This document shows positions 60,080-64,000 of a stretch of DNA of 64,000 nt, piece after piece. A model generated the notes under the pieces. The model saw only the letters and a program-made list of their open reading frames with translations. It was not told the origin of the DNA and did not search any database. The stretch's first letter is position 1. The number at the start of each line of letters is the position of its first letter. Source of the stretch: Penicillus capitatus (lineage: Eukaryota > Plantae > Chlorophyta); NCBI GenBank assembly GCA_965649825.1, contig OZ287710.1:62001-126000 (forward strand), in the 5' to 3' direction. A program made the translations under genes and the position numbers.

Positions 60080-63000
60080 ATGTGGCCTCTGCTCTGCAGT
60101 GGCCGTTCTCCCTTCGATCCCGTCTTCTGTTTCCGCTTCGCCCGGCGATTGGCGGCGTATGAGGTGCGACACCTCAGCCATGTCAGTACACGCCGCGAAA
60201 AGGAATCGGCATTTCGCGATCCACCTCTATCATCCAACGACTCCGTTCCCAAAGATATTATGGCCTCCATCTCGACAGCAGATCCGGAACCCTGGCCGGA
60301 AGGAAAAGGAGGAGCGACGGCGGCGCTGTTTGAAGGATCTGCAGTTGTGCCATCTGTTGTCTGGCAGGAGAACTTCTCCGAGAGAGATGCCTATTGGCGA
60401 CAGAAAAAACAGCAGCAACTGAAACTCGAAGAGAATTTTGTCTTCGACGCGTTGGAGAAGCACAAGGAATTTGTGAAGGACGTGCGGAGCAGAGAGAAAG
60501 TGGCGACGCTGAATATTGCTCGAGATCTCCTTCACAGATGGTTTGATCCGTTGAGAGAGGGCATCGCCAAGGAGCAGCAGAAAGTAAACAGTGTCCACGA
60601 TTGGATCTGGTGCGATGCATACCGGTGCAGTTGCTGACATCGAGAAGAGACCTTGGCGAAGCTGCGCAGAATCTGCTTGTACTCGAACCGGAAGAATTGA
60701 CCATCATCACTGTCCACAGTAAACACCGTTTCTTCACGAGCATGTCGACCAAGGGTGTCCCTCGCAGCTGTGCTGGGAATCATGTTGAGAGGCAGGCGTG
60801 ATGATAAAGAGTATAATGGAAACGTGCCGTTTGTCGATGTGGCCAGTCGAGTGGGACGAGTGAGCGAGCATCACCTGAGTGGACCCCTTTTCATACAGCG
60901 TGTCATTTCAGGCCGTTCAAGCGCAAATCAATCTTCTGAAACTGCGACATCGAGTGGACAAAGAGAATCGACGTCGTGCGCAATTGAACAAACATCTCGA
61001 ACAGCTGAAAGGTGAAGAGGGGACAACAGCATCCATTGCCAAGCTTGAATCCGGCGAAGATCTTGCCGAATGGGAGATCAGAATTATCAAGGTCTGCCGA
61101 TTGGCTGTTATACGATGCAAGATCCAGTGCCGTGCTTTCCAGAGATGTATGGAGATGGATACAAAGATCCGCCTGCTGCGCAATCGATGGAATCTCAAAA
61201 ATACAACCCTCAGAGATGTGCTTCTATCGCAGTGGACGCTCGAAAAGCAGCAATCCAATTGGAGTGAAGGCGCCCAGATTCAAGTAGAACTGCCAAGCCC
61301 ACTCAACTCTTTCACTCTGATGATGTGACAGCTCGGTGCGATCCTTGTCAATGCATTCAGAGAACACGCAACGGCGCAAGTCGACAAAGTGACAGGGAAG
61401 CTCATGGGATCGAATGCCACGAGTACATGTGTCAACGAAACTGTGCTGAAACATGAGGTCGTGTGGAAAAGAGGAAAGAGAGGAAAAAAGAAACTGGGTG
61501 TTCTCAGAATTCACCCATCCATCGTTCGACGGGTGGAAGCTGCCGAAGCAGTAGGCGTTCTGCCAATGCACAGCGACATGGCATGAGTGTGGTGTATGTT
61601 GCAGCATTCAACGTGGGCTTTGTCGCGATCTTATCCGATGGTCTATCCACCATTGCCATGGACCTGTTACGATTCGGGTGCCTATCTCACGATCCCTTCG
61701 CGCGTGGTGCGGAGTTTCGATCATTCCGAACCGGCACTTCTGGTAAAAGAGGCCGACAAGAAGGGACAGCTGGATAAGATCTATACTGCCTTGACCATCC
61801 TCGGCAAGACACCCTGGTAGGCAGCGATGGGGAGGGGCAATGGATTGAGTGCGCATTGTCCAGGGTGATGAACAAAGAAATGTTTAGCGTTGTGGAGCAG
61901 GTGTGGAAATCAGGAGGTGGCAAACTGGGCCTACCGAGTCGCATCAATGTTCCTCTTCCTCCAGAACCAACACCGTACTTCAAATGTGCATCCCACAATG
62001 GTGCCCTTTACGTCTCGGTAGTACTTCGGTTCCTGTCTCTCTGCCACAGAGGCGTCTGAAATTTACGTGTAGTATTTGGAAGAGACTCCTCAGGAAGCAT
62101 ACTTCAGAAAAGTGCAGACGGCACGGGTTCGTAAGAAGAATGCAGAGCTGCATTCGCTGCGATGTGACATCGAGTTGAAATTGGGCGTTGCGAGAAAGTT
62201 TATGGACGAGGAGCGATTGTACTTTCCACACAACATCGACTTCAGGCACATCGATCTCCTCCTGCGCTTCTCAAGATCTCTCTGCATAACAGGGGCCGAG
62301 CCTATCCCATTCCGCCGCATCTGAATCACATCGGAAATGACATGTGTCGTGGACTGCTCCTTTTTGCAGATGCTCGGCCGCTCGGTAAAAATGGACTGGA
62401 CTGGTTGTATATCCAGATTGCGAATCTCTATGGAGCGGGCGAGAATAAGAAGAGCATGAGAGATCGGCAGCAGTTTGGCATGAAGAGTCTGGATAAGATT
62501 CTGGATTCAGCCAACGATCCGTTGGGCGGTTTGCAATGGTGGATGACAGCAGATTCTCCCTGGCAGCTTCTGGCCACGTGTATGGAGATCAGAGATGCTC
62601 TCAACCATGACAATCCAGAAACGTTCCTCAGTCGAATGCACGTTCATCAGGTCCACCCATCTCTCTCCTGAATCGGATAAGTCATGGAATGCGTTTGCGG
62701 TACAGGACGGATCTTGCAACGGACTTCAGCATTATGCTGCACTGAGTAAAGATGCATCGGGTGCCGAGGCCGTCAACCTAAGACAGGGAGAACGGCCAAA
62801 TGATGTTTACACGAAGCTGTCCAAAAGCGTCAAGAAAACAGTGGAAGAGGATGCGGCGGCGGGGCATAAGTATGCCCAGATTCTGGATGGTCATGTCGAT
62901 CGGAAACTGGTCAAACAGACCGTGATGACATCTGTCTACGGCGTCACCTTTGTCGGCGCCCGTCAGCAAATTGAGAATCGATTGAGAGAACGGGGATGGG

Positions 63001-63648
63001 AAGACAACAGAGAGCTCTTTTATATATCGGCCTATGCTGCCAGGGTCACGCTGAGAGGACTGCACGAGATGTTCAAAAATGCCAAGGATGTGATGCATTG
63101 GCTGGCATCCTGTGCCGAGAAAATCGCATCGACTGGGCGCATTGTGTCATGGACAACGCCCCTTGGCCTCCCTGTGGGTCAGCCTTACCGCAATACAGTA
63201 CATAACGCGTGTATTCAACTGACCCAATACGCTTGTACGCTTCTAGGATAAGCACTCTGTCAAGACAGTGGTGCAGACGGTCTCTTTGGCAAAGCATGAG
63301 AGAGATATGCCCATTCTGAAGCGCCGGCAGCGAACGGCCTTTCCACCCAACTATGTCCACTCCATCGATTCCACACACATGATGCTGACCGCCATAGAAT
63401 GCTATCGACAGAATGTGACCTTTGCAGGCGTGCACGATTCTTTTTGGACCCATGCTGGCAGCGTCGACGCGCTGAATCGAATCCTTCGGGAGCAGTTCTA
63501 TGAACTGCATTCGAGGCCGTTGATCCAAGAACTCCGGGAACAGTTTCAGGAGGCATACAAAGACACGGGCGTGGAGTTCCCTCCTGTTCCCGAGAACGGC
63601 GATTTCGATCTGAAAGAGATCTTGGATGCCCAGTACTTCTTTAACTGA
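60080..63648 (+). CDS. RPOT: Phage-type (T3/T7-like) organellar RNA polymerase, multi-exon
   Basis: PMVYPPLPW, PHNIDFR|GRAYP (GC-AG intron), HQ|DGSCNGLQHYAAL, RKLVKQTVMTSVYGVT, TPLGLPVGQPY, FPPNYVHSIDS, VHDSFWTH and YFFN terminus. Confidence 0.98.
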
Positions 63649-63784
63649 GGATTGGGATGATCGGCATCATCTCTCATAGATGGAGCGATTTGAACAATGC
63701 ATGTCATCGCACATTTTCACTGTAGAAATCAAAAACTCAAAGGACACAAAGAATCCAACAGCCAGGCCAAAAAATCCACGACGT

Positions 63785-64000
63785 CTACGTGGAAGGTGCT
63801 TTTGCTTTTAAGTCGTTAGCGATTCGTCCCAATTGTCCCTTAACGGACATGTCGATTTGATCGGAGTCAAACTCCACGACAAAGCCTCCGATGAGACTGG
63901 GATCTAAAGCAGGCTTCAGTTTTACATTCTTCGCTCCGCTGAGCTTCTGTAGCTTCTTAGCAATTTCGTACTGCGCCGCTTCACCCAACGGTTGAGCCGA
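63785..64000 (-). CDS. Chloroplast ATP synthase CF1 delta subunit (nuclear-encoded), 3' part only
   Basis: IAKKLQKLSGAKNVKLKPALDPSLIGGFVVEF..IDMSVKGQL is the delta/OSCP C-terminal domain of plastid type. Confidence 0.9.
   Translation of the reverse strand, partial: SAQPLGEAAQYEIAKKLQKLSGAKNVKLKPALDPSLIGGFVVEFDSDQIDMSVKGQLGRIANDLKAKAPST

Noticed and set aside
60080-63648. T7-like RNA polymerase as evidence of a prophage or viral insertion
   Set aside because: It has about ten spliceosomal introns and a transit-peptide-like N-terminus, with no neighbouring phage genes. It is the ordinary nuclear-encoded organellar RPOT.
1-64000. tRNA, rRNA, spliceosomal snRNA, CRISPR arrays or transposase/RT genes
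   Set aside because: None recognised. The short rRNA-matching 10-14-mers in MDN1 introns are snoRNA guides, not rRNA fragments.

Overview
This is a eukaryotic nuclear window from a very compact green-algal (chlorophyte-like) genome. It uses the standard genetic code, has mostly 40-60 bp introns and often less than 100 bp between genes. About 25 protein genes can be supported: CC2D2A (5' partial), a DUF1295 reductase-like protein, a plastid membrane protein, PABP, an isochorismatase-family hydrolase, an SRSF1-like SR protein, a B3 factor, a 19-kb midasin (MDN1), ARL16, a plastid-type ABCD transporter, sarcosine oxidase, a BORCS5-like protein, a SYP5 syntaxin, PP2C, a Tat-signal thylakoid protein, 1-Cys peroxiredoxin, a bZIP-like protein, Mei2-like, ArfGAP, DPH2, a phage-type organellar RNA polymerase and the plastid ATP synthase delta subunit (3' part). 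The ORF track misses three things. (1) The only five long introns I found (174-340 bp) are all in MDN1, and each holds snoRNA-like elements (8 box C/D, 1 H/ACA). Several have guides that predict known rRNA methylation or pseudouridylation sites. (2) The ABCD gene has two tandem 142-bp paralogous exons with the hallmarks of mutually exclusive splicing. (3) ARL16 appears to need a GA-AG intron to build its P-loop, against a background of frequent GC-AG introns. All exon models were built by hand. Family and rRNA-target assignments come from remembered conserved sequences, not database searches.
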